From the IMG/VR virus record IMGVR_UViG_3300017971_000238: a DNA stretch of 64,000 bases; one strand, given 5' to 3'. The notes below the pieces were generated by a model that worked only from the letters and a program-made list of their open reading frames with translations, did no database searches and was not told the origin of the DNA. The stretch comes from an uncultured virus (IMG/VR IMGVR_UViG_3300017971_000238). Its lineage: Duplodnaviria; Heunggongvirae; Uroviricota; Caudoviricetes. Position 1 is the stretch's first letter. Every line of letters begins with the position of its first letter. Of the stretch, positions 38,839 to 47,899 are shown in pieces. The position numbers and the translations under genes were made by a program.

Positions 38839-40487
38839 TAGACATCAGGCTCCTCGTCGTATTCTTCCTCTTCTTCCCCTTCCTCTTCCTCTTCCTCTTC
38901 CTCGTGTACGAATATCGTGAGGAAGTTTACCACGTTTAGATTGATGTCTCCATTTCGCCCATCAATATCTGGAACGCTGTCTCCGATCTCCCGGTCGTAA
39001 AAGTTTTCTGACTTGCGGGTGCTGACTATCATCAACACGTCGGCAGATCCTGCAAAAGGTAGGGATTCGTATGACCGTGGTAGGAAGCCATTGAAATTAT
39101 CCAGATCAGAAAAAGAGTTGTCTTGCACCGAAACCCGTATGGATTGTCCTTCCTCGGGTTCGGCTTGCGGCCGTATCGTGCATTCAAGCAGGGCGAACCT
39201 GTTATAATTCCTCCCTTGGTGAATGTTACCATCCTTGTCTTTCCATACCACGGGAGAACCATCTGGTTTAACCGCTTGGCATTTCTCGTGCCATTCCCGC
39301 ATCGTGGATAAATCGAAAGACCCAAACGGGAACCTGACGATCTGGTAATTATCCTTCCAATCATCCTCTTTCATTATATCCCGCCAGTTCTTACCATCCA
39401 CGTATTCATTCTTCTTCTTGTCGAGCACGAGAACCATTGCATCTTCCCAGAAGGAAACGATCTCATCTGTATGGTATTGTTCCTCCTCACCGGGCGGTCC
39501 ATCCATCAAGTCGAACGGGTTTCCCGTGTATTCGAGGAACCCGCACCATTGCTCCGTGAATGCCGTGGCAAGATCGAAATACGCTTCCCCGTCTTCAGGG
39601 AACACGTTGTACAAGGATTCAGGAACGTCTATATTCTGTATCGCATACCCGTTCTTGTCGGTGACCTTCAAGTACCACATATCTCCAACGGATTTCTTCT
39701 CGTCCATTTCGGCCTTGAATTTCACCATTTGTGCCATCTCCGGTAGTTTCTTGAGGATACAGGACTTGTTACCCGGATCTGCATAATCACCATACACCCT
39801 GATAGTAGTGATATGCGGCACGACCATCCCACTTCCATGGTAGAATACCGCAAGCAGGTTAACACCCCAGTTTGGTCTCAACGTGTTTGTATAATTCCAA
39901 TTGGCTGTCTCACCATCGCTTAAAAATTCTTCGGTGTCGAGAGGAACCACGTCATCACCGGGTTGCCACAATTCATATGCTTTCTTGGTGCGGTCCTTGT
40001 CCATCCACAATTGGACCTCGTATTCTCCACTATCCTTGTTCTTCTTCATGCGCTTGTACAACTTGGAGACGGCCTTCTTGACCTTGCGAATGTTTCCATC
40101 TTGTTCCACGACCTCCTCCACATGCGCTATCTTTTTCTCCCGCACAAGCTCTTGCACTTTCTTGGGACCTTCCTTTGCCAAGTCCTGTATGGTATTATAA
40201 TCATCCGCGTTCCAATCCTTGGCTTGCCCCAATTGTCCTATAATCCAGCCAGTAAAAGTCTGCAAATTACCAATACCTTTCACATCCAGCTGAACTTTGG
40301 AGTAGACCCGATTCATGATGAACTTCTTTGGTTTATTCTTTAAAGACTTGAGACCTGAAAAATAATCAAACTTGTCTTTTATCTTATCCAGAACTTCATC
40401 AACTGTAATATCGGCACTCCTTGCCATTTTTTCAGCCCAAGGTCTTACTTTTTGTAAGTCCTTGTCTGTTAGAGTCCGTGTTTCCAT
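38838..40487 (-). CDS. Putative single-stranded DNA-binding protein with acidic tail
   Basis: Beta-rich segments, C-terminal EEEEEEEEGEEEEEYDEEPDV, replication-module context; likely ATG at 40487. Confidence 0.45.
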   Translation of the reverse strand: METRTLTDKDLQKVRPWAEKMARSADITVDEVLDKIKDKFDYFSGLKSLKNKPKKFIMNRVYSKVQLDVKGIGNLQTFTGWIIGQLGQAKDWNADDYNTIQDLAKEGPKKVQELVREKKIAHVEEVVEQDGNIRKVKKAVSKLYKRMKKNKDSGEYEVQLWMDKDRTKKAYELWQPGDDVVPLDTEEFLSDGETANWNYTNTLRPNWGVNLLAVFYHGSGMVVPHITTIRVYGDYADPGNKSCILKKLPEMAQMVKFKAEMDEKKSVGDMWYLKVTDKNGYAIQNIDVPESLYNVFPEDGEAYFDLATAFTEQWCGFLEYTGNPFDLMDGPPGEEEQYHTDEIVSFWEDAMVLVLDKKKNEYVDGKNWRDIMKEDDWKDNYQIVRFPFGSFDLSTMREWHEKCQAVKPDGSPVVWKDKDGNIHQGRNYNRFALLECTIRPQAEPEEGQSIRVSVQDNSFSDLDNFNGFLPRSYESLPFAGSADVLMIVSTRKSENFYDREIGDSVPDIDGRNGDINLNVVNFLTIFVHEEEEEEEEGEEEEEYDEEPDV

Positions 40488-40607
40488 GTCTGGCTTCAAC
40501 TCGAAAATTGAACTAACGAGCAATTAACACGAGGCGCCCCCTCGTATAAAAGTTTTCTATCAAAATCCTTCGCATTCGTGTGTTAATAGGTAGCTGCCGC
40601 TAGAACG

Positions 40608-40670
40608 TTTCCGAAGCGAAATATTTAAATACGTGCGCACCTATTCTAAAAATGCGAATCGCTTCGGAAA
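40608..40670. repeat. Perfect 12-bp inverted repeat flanking a TATA box in the divergent intergenic region
   Basis: TTTCCGAAGCGA (40608-19) / TCGCTTCGGAAA (40659-70) around TTTAAATA. Confidence 0.8.
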
Positions 40671-41781
40671 AGTGACGAGCACGATGGATAAAGCCAGACG
40701 AATCAAGAAGCTAGTGTGGTCAAATCGATACACCATCGAGCAAATTTCTCGCATGGTTGGCGTGCCGATACCAATGATCGCCGAGCTTTACAAGGAATAC
40801 ACGGGACACGATATGCCAGAATCTCTTTATGTAGTCGGGCGAGAAAAAGAAATAGAATCTATCAAGCTGGCAATATCCACGAATGAGCATGTGATTCTTC
40901 ATGGCCCTCCCGGTAGCGGGAAGACCATCTCTGCCATCAAGGCAATCCACGAGCAGGGAAAGATAATGAAGATGATCAACATCTCCGATAACAGGACAGG
41001 CTCTCTCTTGGGCGAGCAACTCTTTGGTTGCCATCGCACCAAGTCAGACATCGTGTACCTGTTTGACGAGATAGATTCATTTGACTGGAGAAGCCATGCA
41101 TACTTCAAGAAAGTCCTGCAGGAATCTGAAGTACCTATTATCATGACCTGCAACGACATGGACAAGGTCGGAACGTCTACCGTGAATTACGTCAAGAAAC
41201 ACGGCACGGTAATCAAGTACAAGCCACCGACACTTCAAGACCTTGAGGATTTCATCACCAAGAAATTTCCCATGTTCGAGGGACGTGCCAGCGACGTGTA
41301 CTGTCCCGATTTTCGAGAAGTAATACGTAGGATAGTCTTCGGATGGCGCACTGAAATAGAAGAGAGCGTGGAAGTAAATGTTCAACACGTTGTCGGTGCC
41401 ATCTTCGGGGAGAAACGATTCCCAAGAAAAAGACTCGACATCATAAAGGAATCCAAGGACCCTCTCATCTGGGCGATAACGTGGGCTGATTACAATGCCC
41501 CGAGATTTGCCAGAGATGCGAAGCAATTGGAAAAGATTCTTGACTGCCTGTCCCAAGCAGACGAGTGGGCAAGGAAAACATCGCCGCAGTACCTTGCCAC
41601 CATGTTGGCGGCAATGCCCTGCCCGGGTAGGAAGGGTAAACTTGACTTCCCGGCAGCGCTCTTCAACGCGGAGAAAAAGCCAAAGAAAGAAGAAGAGGTT
41701 GATCCCGTGGTGAAGGTAGAGATAGTTAAACTGGAAGAGGCGGAGATACCGACATCCGCCGATCCATTTGGTGATTTCTAA
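40633..41781 (+). CDS. rfcL: Replication factor C large subunit-like clamp loader with N-terminal HTH (likely start 40684)
   Basis: GPPGSGKT, NISD.R, LFDEID, PIIMTCND; ends DPFGDF. Confidence 0.8.
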   Translation: MRTYSKNANRFGKVTSTMDKARRIKKLVWSNRYTIEQISRMVGVPIPMIAELYKEYTGHDMPESLYVVGREKEIESIKLAISTNEHVILHGPPGSGKTISAIKAIHEQGKIMKMINISDNRTGSLLGEQLFGCHRTKSDIVYLFDEIDSFDWRSHAYFKKVLQESEVPIIMTCNDMDKVGTSTVNYVKKHGTVIKYKPPTLQDLEDFITKKFPMFEGRASDVYCPDFREVIRRIVFGWRTEIEESVEVNVQHVVGAIFGEKRFPRKRLDIIKESKDPLIWAITWADYNAPRFARDAKQLEKILDCLSQADEWARKTSPQYLATMLAAMPCPGRKGKLDFPAALFNAEKKPKKEEEVDPVVKVEIVKLEEAEIPTSADPFGDF

Positions 41782-42132
41782 ATGACAACAATAGAATATA
41801 AAAGGTTTGCCTCGTGGCGGGAAGTTTACGAGGAGGAGAAAAACTTCAGCGATAAGATGCGACTGGAGCACAACCACAAGATCATGGATAGTGATGATCT
41901 TGTAGGTAAGGCAGTGGAACGTGCCCTGAATCGTCTTGGAGATGAAGGATGGTTGCTCATCTATTCTGCTTCGCATGGCGTGTATTTCTATCGCACGACC
42001 ACGGAAAAACAAAAGAAGGATAGCTGGGGCAATCCCACACTCGAGGAGATTTTCGCCGCGGAGCCGACGAAACCGGATATAAACGAGTTAGAAGGACTCG
42101 ATGACGACGAAAATGGAGAAGACGATGACTAA
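41782..42132 (+). CDS. Hypothetical protein
   Basis: LNRLGDEGWLL pattern; acidic tail. Confidence 0.5.
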   Translation: MTTIEYKRFASWREVYEEEKNFSDKMRLEHNHKIMDSDDLVGKAVERALNRLGDEGWLLIYSASHGVYFYRTTTEKQKKDSWGNPTLEEIFAAEPTKPDINELEGLDDDENGEDDD

Positions 42133-43087
42133 ACTGGTAGCCAAGTATCGCCCAAGGAGTCTCGATAACATGATCGGGCAAGAAAAAATCATGGAGATTA
42201 GCAGGCGATGGCTTGATCGACAGGAAATGCCAGACGTGCGTCTAATCGGTCCATCAGGAACCGGCAAGACCACGTGGGCATATGCATTCTTCTCTGAACT
42301 GGCAGGTGGATTTGATATATGGAACGAGAAACACCCGTACCTCCTCGAGCTCAATGCCAGCGATGATCGCGGCATAGAGGTGGTAAGGGGAACGATAAAA
42401 GACTTTGCGATGGCAAGTCTCAATCCTTCGATAGATATGCCATTCAAGGTGGTTCTCCTAGACGAGGCGGATCAAGTGACACACATCGCGCAGAATGCCC
42501 TTCGCAACACGGTTGAAAAATACGAGGACAGGTGTAGGTTCTGGTTCCTTGGCAACGAGGACAACTTCATAGACGCCATGGTATCTAGGTCTGCCCTGTT
42601 AACGTTCGCACCGCTTCCAAACAAGGTGTGCTTCACCGAGTTCAATCGCATAGCGGAGGCAGAGGGCGTGAAATTTGCCGACCATGAAACGATTCAGGAA
42701 ATCGTGGACCACTACCATGGAGACCTGCGCAAGATGCTAAACGACCAGCTGGAGAAGCTGATTGGCATAGATTACCCGGTCACGATTGACGATCTGGATT
42801 TCAGCGACTCGATGGCAATGCTCGCCGCGGAATGCCTCGGCAAGCTTGTTGGAGATGGCGATGCAAGGAAACGATACCTCGATGCAAGGAAATGGTTCAC
42901 CAAGAAACACGCTTCCATGAAGTTCGACATACGGGATTTCATCAAGGAACTTCATGGGATAATGGGACCAATGTCTTTCGACATAGCCAAGACATTCTCG
43001 GAGGTAGATGACAGGATTCGTGGCGGTGGTATCAAGGACATCCACGTTGGATACCTGTTCTCGGTGATAGCGAATGCTAAACCTTAA
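42101..43087 (+). CDS. rfcS: Replication factor C small subunit
   Basis: KYRP, GPSGTGKT, LELNASDDRGIEVVR..IK.FA, LDEAD, AQNALR, GDLRK. Confidence 0.92.
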   Translation: MTTKMEKTMTKLVAKYRPRSLDNMIGQEKIMEISRRWLDRQEMPDVRLIGPSGTGKTTWAYAFFSELAGGFDIWNEKHPYLLELNASDDRGIEVVRGTIKDFAMASLNPSIDMPFKVVLLDEADQVTHIAQNALRNTVEKYEDRCRFWFLGNEDNFIDAMVSRSALLTFAPLPNKVCFTEFNRIAEAEGVKFADHETIQEIVDHYHGDLRKMLNDQLEKLIGIDYPVTIDDLDFSDSMAMLAAECLGKLVGDGDARKRYLDARKWFTKKHASMKFDIRDFIKELHGIMGPMSFDIAKTFSEVDDRIRGGGIKDIHVGYLFSVIANAKP

Positions 43088-43385
43088 AACTATCGATCAA
43101 ATGACCCGTATAGGCAGGATTCTTGCCAACTATAACAAATCAAAGCTGTTAGTGGAACTAAGGAAGGGCCCGATGCCAAAGAGCAAGATGCTTGAGGTAC
43201 TCGGGATCAAGAGCGCTGGAACAATTAACGGGTATGTTGCAGAAATGCTGGACGAGGGCCTCGTGGAACAGGACATCATCCCGAAAGACGGGAAGTGCCT
43301 CATCCACATGGTACGTCTCACTGTTGATGGTATCGCGCTCGATTTTTCAAAAATAGAAGAAGAAAAAGGTTGGAAACATGACTGA
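43074..43385 (+). CDS. ArsR-like winged HTH regulator
   Basis: LLVELRKGP...LGIKSAGTINGYV..MLDEGLV. Confidence 0.6.
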   Translation: MLNLKTIDQMTRIGRILANYNKSKLLVELRKGPMPKSKMLEVLGIKSAGTINGYVAEMLDEGLVEQDIIPKDGKCLIHMVRLTVDGIALDFSKIEEEKGWKHD

Positions 43386-44028
43386 AGAAAAGAAAATATC
43401 CAACAAGATGATCCGCTCCATCGTGAACACCATGAAAACCCTCAAGGAAAAGGTGGAAGCGCTGGACATCCATCTCTCCAAGGTAGATGAAAAACTAAAC
43501 CTTGTTGATTTCCAGATGGTAAAGGATCGCCTCGATAAAATGGACCTAGATAAAATAGCCGCCCTCTCGGAGAAAATCGATGGACTGGTTGGACTCGAAT
43601 CGTTGCAGGACGTGTTCAAGCTCATCGATCTCAAGACGGACATCATATTCGTGGCCACCCTCGTCAGCGAGTGGTTCACCAGCGCGGACATGCTTGCCGC
43701 GCAAGCAAAGGAAATGATAAAGGCAGTAAAGAGCCTTGCACCCGGTAATGAGAGGGAATCGTTGAAAAAGAAATTCGCGGAGTACCAAGCAGAGGCCAAC
43801 AAGTTCCACATGATGGGACAGGGCGGGTCCATGGTGCTGGAGAAAATACTGATAAATGTTGCCAACGAGGAAGAGAAACGATACCCGATGCTTGGCAAGC
43901 TTCCAGAAAGACCTCCAAAAATACCACCGGAGAAACCAATGAAACCGCCAATCGTTCCCGGCGCACCCAAGTACGACCAGAACAATCCACCTCCACGAAT
44001 GTCCAAGATGGAAGACCAGAGGGACTAA
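43378..44028 (+). CDS. Coiled-coil protein with Pro-rich tail
   Basis: 216-aa ORF followed by a T-tract. Confidence 0.55.
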   Translation: MTEEKKISNKMIRSIVNTMKTLKEKVEALDIHLSKVDEKLNLVDFQMVKDRLDKMDLDKIAALSEKIDGLVGLESLQDVFKLIDLKTDIIFVATLVSEWFTSADMLAAQAKEMIKAVKSLAPGNERESLKKKFAEYQAEANKFHMMGQGGSMVLEKILINVANEEEKRYPMLGKLPERPPKIPPEKPMKPPIVPGAPKYDQNNPPPRMSKMEDQRD

Positions 44029-44059
44029 CCCTCGATTTTTTATTTTTTTTGGTGATACC

Positions 44060-44224
44060 ATGCCCAATTTAAGAACGGTTAAATGTTGTTGTAATTGTAA
44101 ACACTGGCACGAGTACATGAGCTACGAGTATGACAAGTTCGGTGACCATATTCAATATTGTGACCTGAAAATAAAGGGAGCGTCTCCCGAAAAGATTTGT
44201 GATAACCATGACGACGGATCTTGA
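44060..44224 (+). CDS. Small Cys-rich protein (54 aa, not in ORF track)
   Basis: GGTGAT SD, then MPNLRTVKCCCNCKHW...C...ICD. Confidence 0.5.
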   Translation: MPNLRTVKCCCNCKHWHEYMSYEYDKFGDHIQYCDLKIKGASPEKICDNHDDGS

Positions 44225-45266
44225 TTTCACGGATGAGACCACGAATTACGGCGTCCACCGGATTTACTCGTATCCCGCCCGCTTTATTCCGCAAATCCCC
44301 CGCCACTTCATTAATAAATACGAGCCAGCCACAGTATGTGACTGTTTTGGTGGATCAGGCACCACCGTGGTGGAAGCAAAGCTCGCTGGATGCCATGGCA
44401 TCCACATGGACATCATGCCAATATCACTCATGCTGGCATTAGTAAAAACACACGAGTTCTCTACCATTGAATTCCATAGAGGATTCGTGAAGATGGAGGA
44501 AGCACTATCACGCCCCGAACTAGGGGACCTTCCTACTAACATAGCACGGGAGCTATCTCGAAACGATGACCCGGAATTTCTCTTCCCGTCCCCCGTACAA
44601 AGGCAAATTCAAGCAGTACGCCATGCGATAAAAAACTTGGATTGTAACCATCTGGTAAAGAAGTTCTTCGCCATATGTGCTGCCCAAGTACTCCGGACAT
44701 GTTCCAAAGCGAAAAGCGGCACTATGGACTGGTCGCCACGACCTAACGCAACATGCGATACCGACTTCATTGGTCGATTTCGTTCAAAATATACCGCCGC
44801 GCGGTCGGATTTTGTCGGGTTCTACCAGACGCATCCAGAATATAAAAACAAGAAAATTACCACCGTCATCAACACTAGAGATAAATGGCTACACGAAACT
44901 GTTGATCTGGTTGTCACCTCCCCTCCCTATGGTGCCTTAGAAAAAGTCATTAATTATCCAGACATCCACAAATACACGCACATGCTTTTTTCTTGGGCAA
45001 GAATGCCAGTGAAGGGTGATTTTGTCCAGACACATGCGCAGCTTAACCTGTACTTGACAAGAGTAGTAGAACATTTGCGGGAAGGAGGACATTGCGTGGT
45101 GGTGGTAGCGCCATCATCTTCGGATAATTGGGTGGTTGGCACGAGGAACATCCTGAAGATGAATGGCCTTCATAAAGTGGAGGAAATAGAACGGGTAATA
45201 GATCCCACGAAGAAATTCATAGCTGGAAATATAAAAACTGAATGGGTGCTTGATTATGAAAAATAA
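44199..45266 (+). CDS. Amino-methyltransferase, probably N4-cytosine DNA methylase
   Basis: YSYPARFIP, DCFGGSGTT, VTSPPY. Confidence 0.85.
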   Translation: MITMTTDLDFTDETTNYGVHRIYSYPARFIPQIPRHFINKYEPATVCDCFGGSGTTVVEAKLAGCHGIHMDIMPISLMLALVKTHEFSTIEFHRGFVKMEEALSRPELGDLPTNIARELSRNDDPEFLFPSPVQRQIQAVRHAIKNLDCNHLVKKFFAICAAQVLRTCSKAKSGTMDWSPRPNATCDTDFIGRFRSKYTAARSDFVGFYQTHPEYKNKKITTVINTRDKWLHETVDLVVTSPPYGALEKVINYPDIHKYTHMLFSWARMPVKGDFVQTHAQLNLYLTRVVEHLREGGHCVVVVAPSSSDNWVVGTRNILKMNGLHKVEEIERVIDPTKKFIAGNIKTEWVLDYEK

Positions 45267-45741
45267 GATAATGGAAGTGGTGGAGATACTGGACGAGATA
45301 GTTAGGAAAAGAGCGCCGATGACGCCTACCATGATGGTGAAACTGGTGAACGAGAAATGCGAGGTTTCGAGAAGTACCGTGTACAATGCCATCAAGAAAA
45401 TGGGCCTCGTGAAGGTGAGGCTTCCCATGGAACGTGGAAGAAGCATGGTGGCGTATGCGAGGAAACCAATGGCCAAGATGGAGAAAATTAGGGGCGTGTA
45501 TTGCTGGGTGGCGGAGGATGCCTTCACCGGGAAGGATCCAATGGAGTTTTTCAAGTACGTGTTCATTGGTCCAACCACCAAGTACTCGGTGTTCGTCGCT
45601 CCATGCTCGTACAGCTCGTGTTGTAGATGTGGCCCCGGTAGAAACAGTTGCTATGGAGCGAGCAATTGCCCGCACCCGGTATTCAGGAACTATGGTAGCT
45701 GCTTGGAGACCGGCGAGATGATCGCCATCGTTTATGTATAA
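45250..45741 (+). CDS. HTH plus Cys-rich protein
   Basis: VSRSTVYNAIKKMG HTH; multiple Cys in the C-terminal half. Confidence 0.5.
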   Translation: MIMKNKIMEVVEILDEIVRKRAPMTPTMMVKLVNEKCEVSRSTVYNAIKKMGLVKVRLPMERGRSMVAYARKPMAKMEKIRGVYCWVAEDAFTGKDPMEFFKYVFIGPTTKYSVFVAPCSYSSCCRCGPGRNSCYGASNCPHPVFRNYGSCLETGEMIAIVYV

Positions 45742-45782
45742 AAATAGCAAGATTTAAATACCTTCTTTTTTTCTATATTATC

Positions 45783-45859
45783 GCCGGGGCTAAGCATGTC
45801 TTTGGCGGCATGGCCGCACTCCTACCAGTGGAGGTGGCATGGCCCTCGGGTTCCCCGGT
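45783..45859 (+). ncRNA. Candidate tRNA-like cloverleaf RNA downstream of a TATA box
   Basis: GCCGGGG/CCCCGGT closing stem with three internal hairpins; TTTAAATA at 45753-60. Confidence 0.4.
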
Positions 45860-45878
45860 TATTCTTAACGTGATAATC

Positions 45879-46094
45879 ATGGAATTCGATATACATGAAA
45901 TTTATGGTAGAACCAGATGTGCCATGAATGAAGGCGTCATTATAAGAAATAGGGACAAAGGAGTGGAAATAAGGCTCCATTGTGATGATAATCCGGGAAT
46001 AGTCAATATTCTCCTCAGGTTTGCCCAATTTCTCTTTCCGGAGGAAAAACCAGTTACATCTGGAGACCATGCCATAAAAAACATGTATCATTAA
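45879..46094 (+). CDS. Hypothetical protein (71 aa)
   Basis: GTGAT SD before ATG 45879. Confidence 0.45.
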   Translation: MEFDIHEIYGRTRCAMNEGVIIRNRDKGVEIRLHCDDNPGIVNILLRFAQFLFPEEKPVTSGDHAIKNMYH

Positions 46095-46098
46095 CCAT

Positions 46099-46170
46099 GC
46101 TCCCGGAGATGCTCTGACTTGGATTCCTTCGTTGGGCGTTGGAGAACAGGGAGTAAAATCCCCCGGGAGC
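46099..46170 (+). ncRNA. Candidate degenerate tRNA-like element (72 nt)
   Basis: GCTCCCGG/CCGGGAGC closing stem; degenerate T-arm GGGAG-TAAAAT-CCCC. Confidence 0.35.
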
Positions 46171-46195
46171 CTATCAACTTTCAAGGCGATAATCC

Positions 46196-46330
46196 ATGGC
46201 AAAAGGACAACCAAAAAGAGATGGATCTGGGAAAGGCGTCAGGGCGAATAAAGGACGTGGAGGATGTTCGCCACCACGCAACACGAACTCCTCGTCCAGA
46301 AAAAACCAGCAATCTGGTAAACGGCGTTAA
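46196..46330 (+). CDS. Small basic Gly-rich peptide (44 aa, not in ORF track)
   Basis: MAKGQPKRDGSGKGVRANKGRGGCSPPRNTNSSSRKNQQSGKRR. Confidence 0.5.
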   Translation: MAKGQPKRDGSGKGVRANKGRGGCSPPRNTNSSSRKNQQSGKRR

Positions 46331-46357
46331 CAATCATTTTTCCAATTTTTCTTTCAA

Positions 46358-46585
46358 TCATTCCCATGCCTCCTTCCTGCTTTCTTTCTCCGCTATCATG
46401 CGGTCGAACCGGTCATCGTTCTCGATTGGTGTTGTTGGTAATTTTTCTGGCCATATGCACGTGCTCTGGCATTTGGGGCATGCATCGAACTCTGCCGGTG
46501 GTCCATGATGCTCCGGTATGGTCAGTATATATGGACGTTTGAACCTGTGACCACAATCCAAGCACATGTATCCATCACTGGTCAT
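46358..46585 (-). CDS. Zn-ribbon protein
   Basis: YMCLDCGHRF...CPKCQS. Confidence 0.55.
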   Translation of the reverse strand: MTSDGYMCLDCGHRFKRPYILTIPEHHGPPAEFDACPKCQSTCIWPEKLPTTPIENDDRFDRMIAEKESRKEAWE

Positions 46586-46859
46586 TTTTCCTCGTCTCCA
46601 GTATCGATACCACGAAAATCCACGTGCTCATCACGAGCAATATGGTTCCCGTTATTGCCATGACACCCGTGTACCGTTCGATGGGAGCGATCCCGTTGTC
46701 CACCATGATGGAAATGACGATGGCAGAGATCCCGAGAATGATGCCAAAGAGTGAGACGACGAACAGCCCGTGCAGCTCGTCCACGAGTATCTCTCCAAGT
46801 TTCCTCATTGCATCACCCTCACGTCGAATGGTCCAAGCCTTCCACCATAATACACGCAA
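46575..46859 (-). CDS. Small two-TM membrane protein
   Basis: Two hydrophobic helices. Confidence 0.5.
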   Translation of the reverse strand: MRVLWWKAWTIRREGDAMRKLGEILVDELHGLFVVSLFGIILGISAIVISIMVDNGIAPIERYTGVMAITGTILLVMSTWIFVVSILETRKNDQ

Positions 46860-46938
46860 TAAAGGGCGTCCTTGAATTCCTCCAAGATCTCTATAATCTT
46901 GTCCATTTTCTCGGCCAGTTTGTCCAGATCTTCCTCAT

Positions 46939-47526
46939 TCATGTGGTATCTTCCTCCAGCAGGTTTTCCTTGCATCTTTCACAAGTATAAAGTCGTTTTC
47001 CATCGTGATATAGTTTAGAGTTGGCTGGTTGCCCGCACACGTGGCATGGTGGCATGTCCCTGCTTTCCATGACAATGTGGTATTGCTTCCCACGTTTTCC
47101 ATCGCTAACGCCTATGTACACCTCGCCATCATGCGTGGCAACGGTTATCGCCCCTTCGTTGCCGAAGGTGTCCTCGATCTCGTTTTCCCCGGACGTTTTC
47201 ATGTATGCCGACCATTCCACGAGATGCGGGAGATCTATCTCGAAATCCCTGCTGATGTCCACCAGCACGTTCACGATGGCCTTGTTGATGGTATTGATCA
47301 TTGGATAGGTTGTTTCCATGAATGCCTTCATCATGGATTCCTTGTCCATCCCTTCATTATCCATTACCTGCATGTTCTCGAAGATGCTATTCTGCAGGCG
47401 ACAATATCCTGTTTTCCTATTGTACAGCGCGCAATCCTCGTGCGGGAAACAGTTCGGGCACCGCATGTCGGCAATTGGACACGTTTCAGCGGTGCATGGT
47501 CTATTCTTGTTTACTATTAATTCCAT
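46939..47526 (-). CDS. Cys-rich hypothetical protein
   Basis: N- and C-terminal Cys clusters. Confidence 0.5.
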   Translation of the reverse strand: MELIVNKNRPCTAETCPIADMRCPNCFPHEDCALYNRKTGYCRLQNSIFENMQVMDNEGMDKESMMKAFMETTYPMINTINKAIVNVLVDISRDFEIDLPHLVEWSAYMKTSGENEIEDTFGNEGAITVATHDGEVYIGVSDGKRGKQYHIVMESRDMPPCHVCGQPANSKLYHDGKRLYTCERCKENLLEEDTT

Positions 47527-47899
47527 CTGGTAATCCTCCTTTTAATGTTTTCTTGAAAAATTTCACGTACTTTTGTATAACACCATCCGAGCAATCCATC
47601 ACTTCCTTTATTTCGGACTGCGTGATGGTAGATTTAGTACCCTTGCCAGAAATAACCCAAAAAATGTAGTAAAAGATGGCACCCGTCAATGCAGGGCGAT
47701 GAATGGCAATCCCGCACCTGCCCTCGAGGTAGAGGCGACGGCATGCCCTGAATATATCCTTCAATATGCCCACCGGTATGTAATTGACGATGGTATCGCC
47801 AAACTTCTCGATGAGCCTTTCCAGTTCCTCGTCCATCCTGTCGCACACGATCATCCTACAGGCTTCAACCCTTGTTATCTCCATTATCATCCAAACCAA
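47501..47899 (-). CDS. Single cyclin-repeat TFB/TFIIB-like protein
   Basis: RPALTGAIFYY...ITQSEIKEVMDCSDGVIQKYVK resembles the TFB C-terminal cyclin repeat with its HTH. Confidence 0.5.
   Translation of the reverse strand: MVWMIMEITRVEACRMIVCDRMDEELERLIEKFGDTIVNYIPVGILKDIFRACRRLYLEGRCGIAIHRPALTGAIFYYIFWVISGKGTKSTITQSEIKEVMDCSDGVIQKYVKFFKKTLKGGLPDGINSKQE

Noticed and set aside
38850..38905. TCT/TCC tandem repeat
   Set aside because: Simply encodes the poly-Glu tail of the SSB-like protein
8949..41781. NPF/DPF tails as eukaryotic EH-domain or AP-2 endocytic motifs
   Set aside because: The identifiable carriers are DNA-replication/modification enzymes and the motif sits at the PIP-box position, so clamp binding is more parsimonious
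41077..42012. 311-aa minus-strand ORF and similar long antisense ORFs (e.g. 58990-59881)
   Set aside because: Antisense shadows of well-supported genes, with no recognisable motifs
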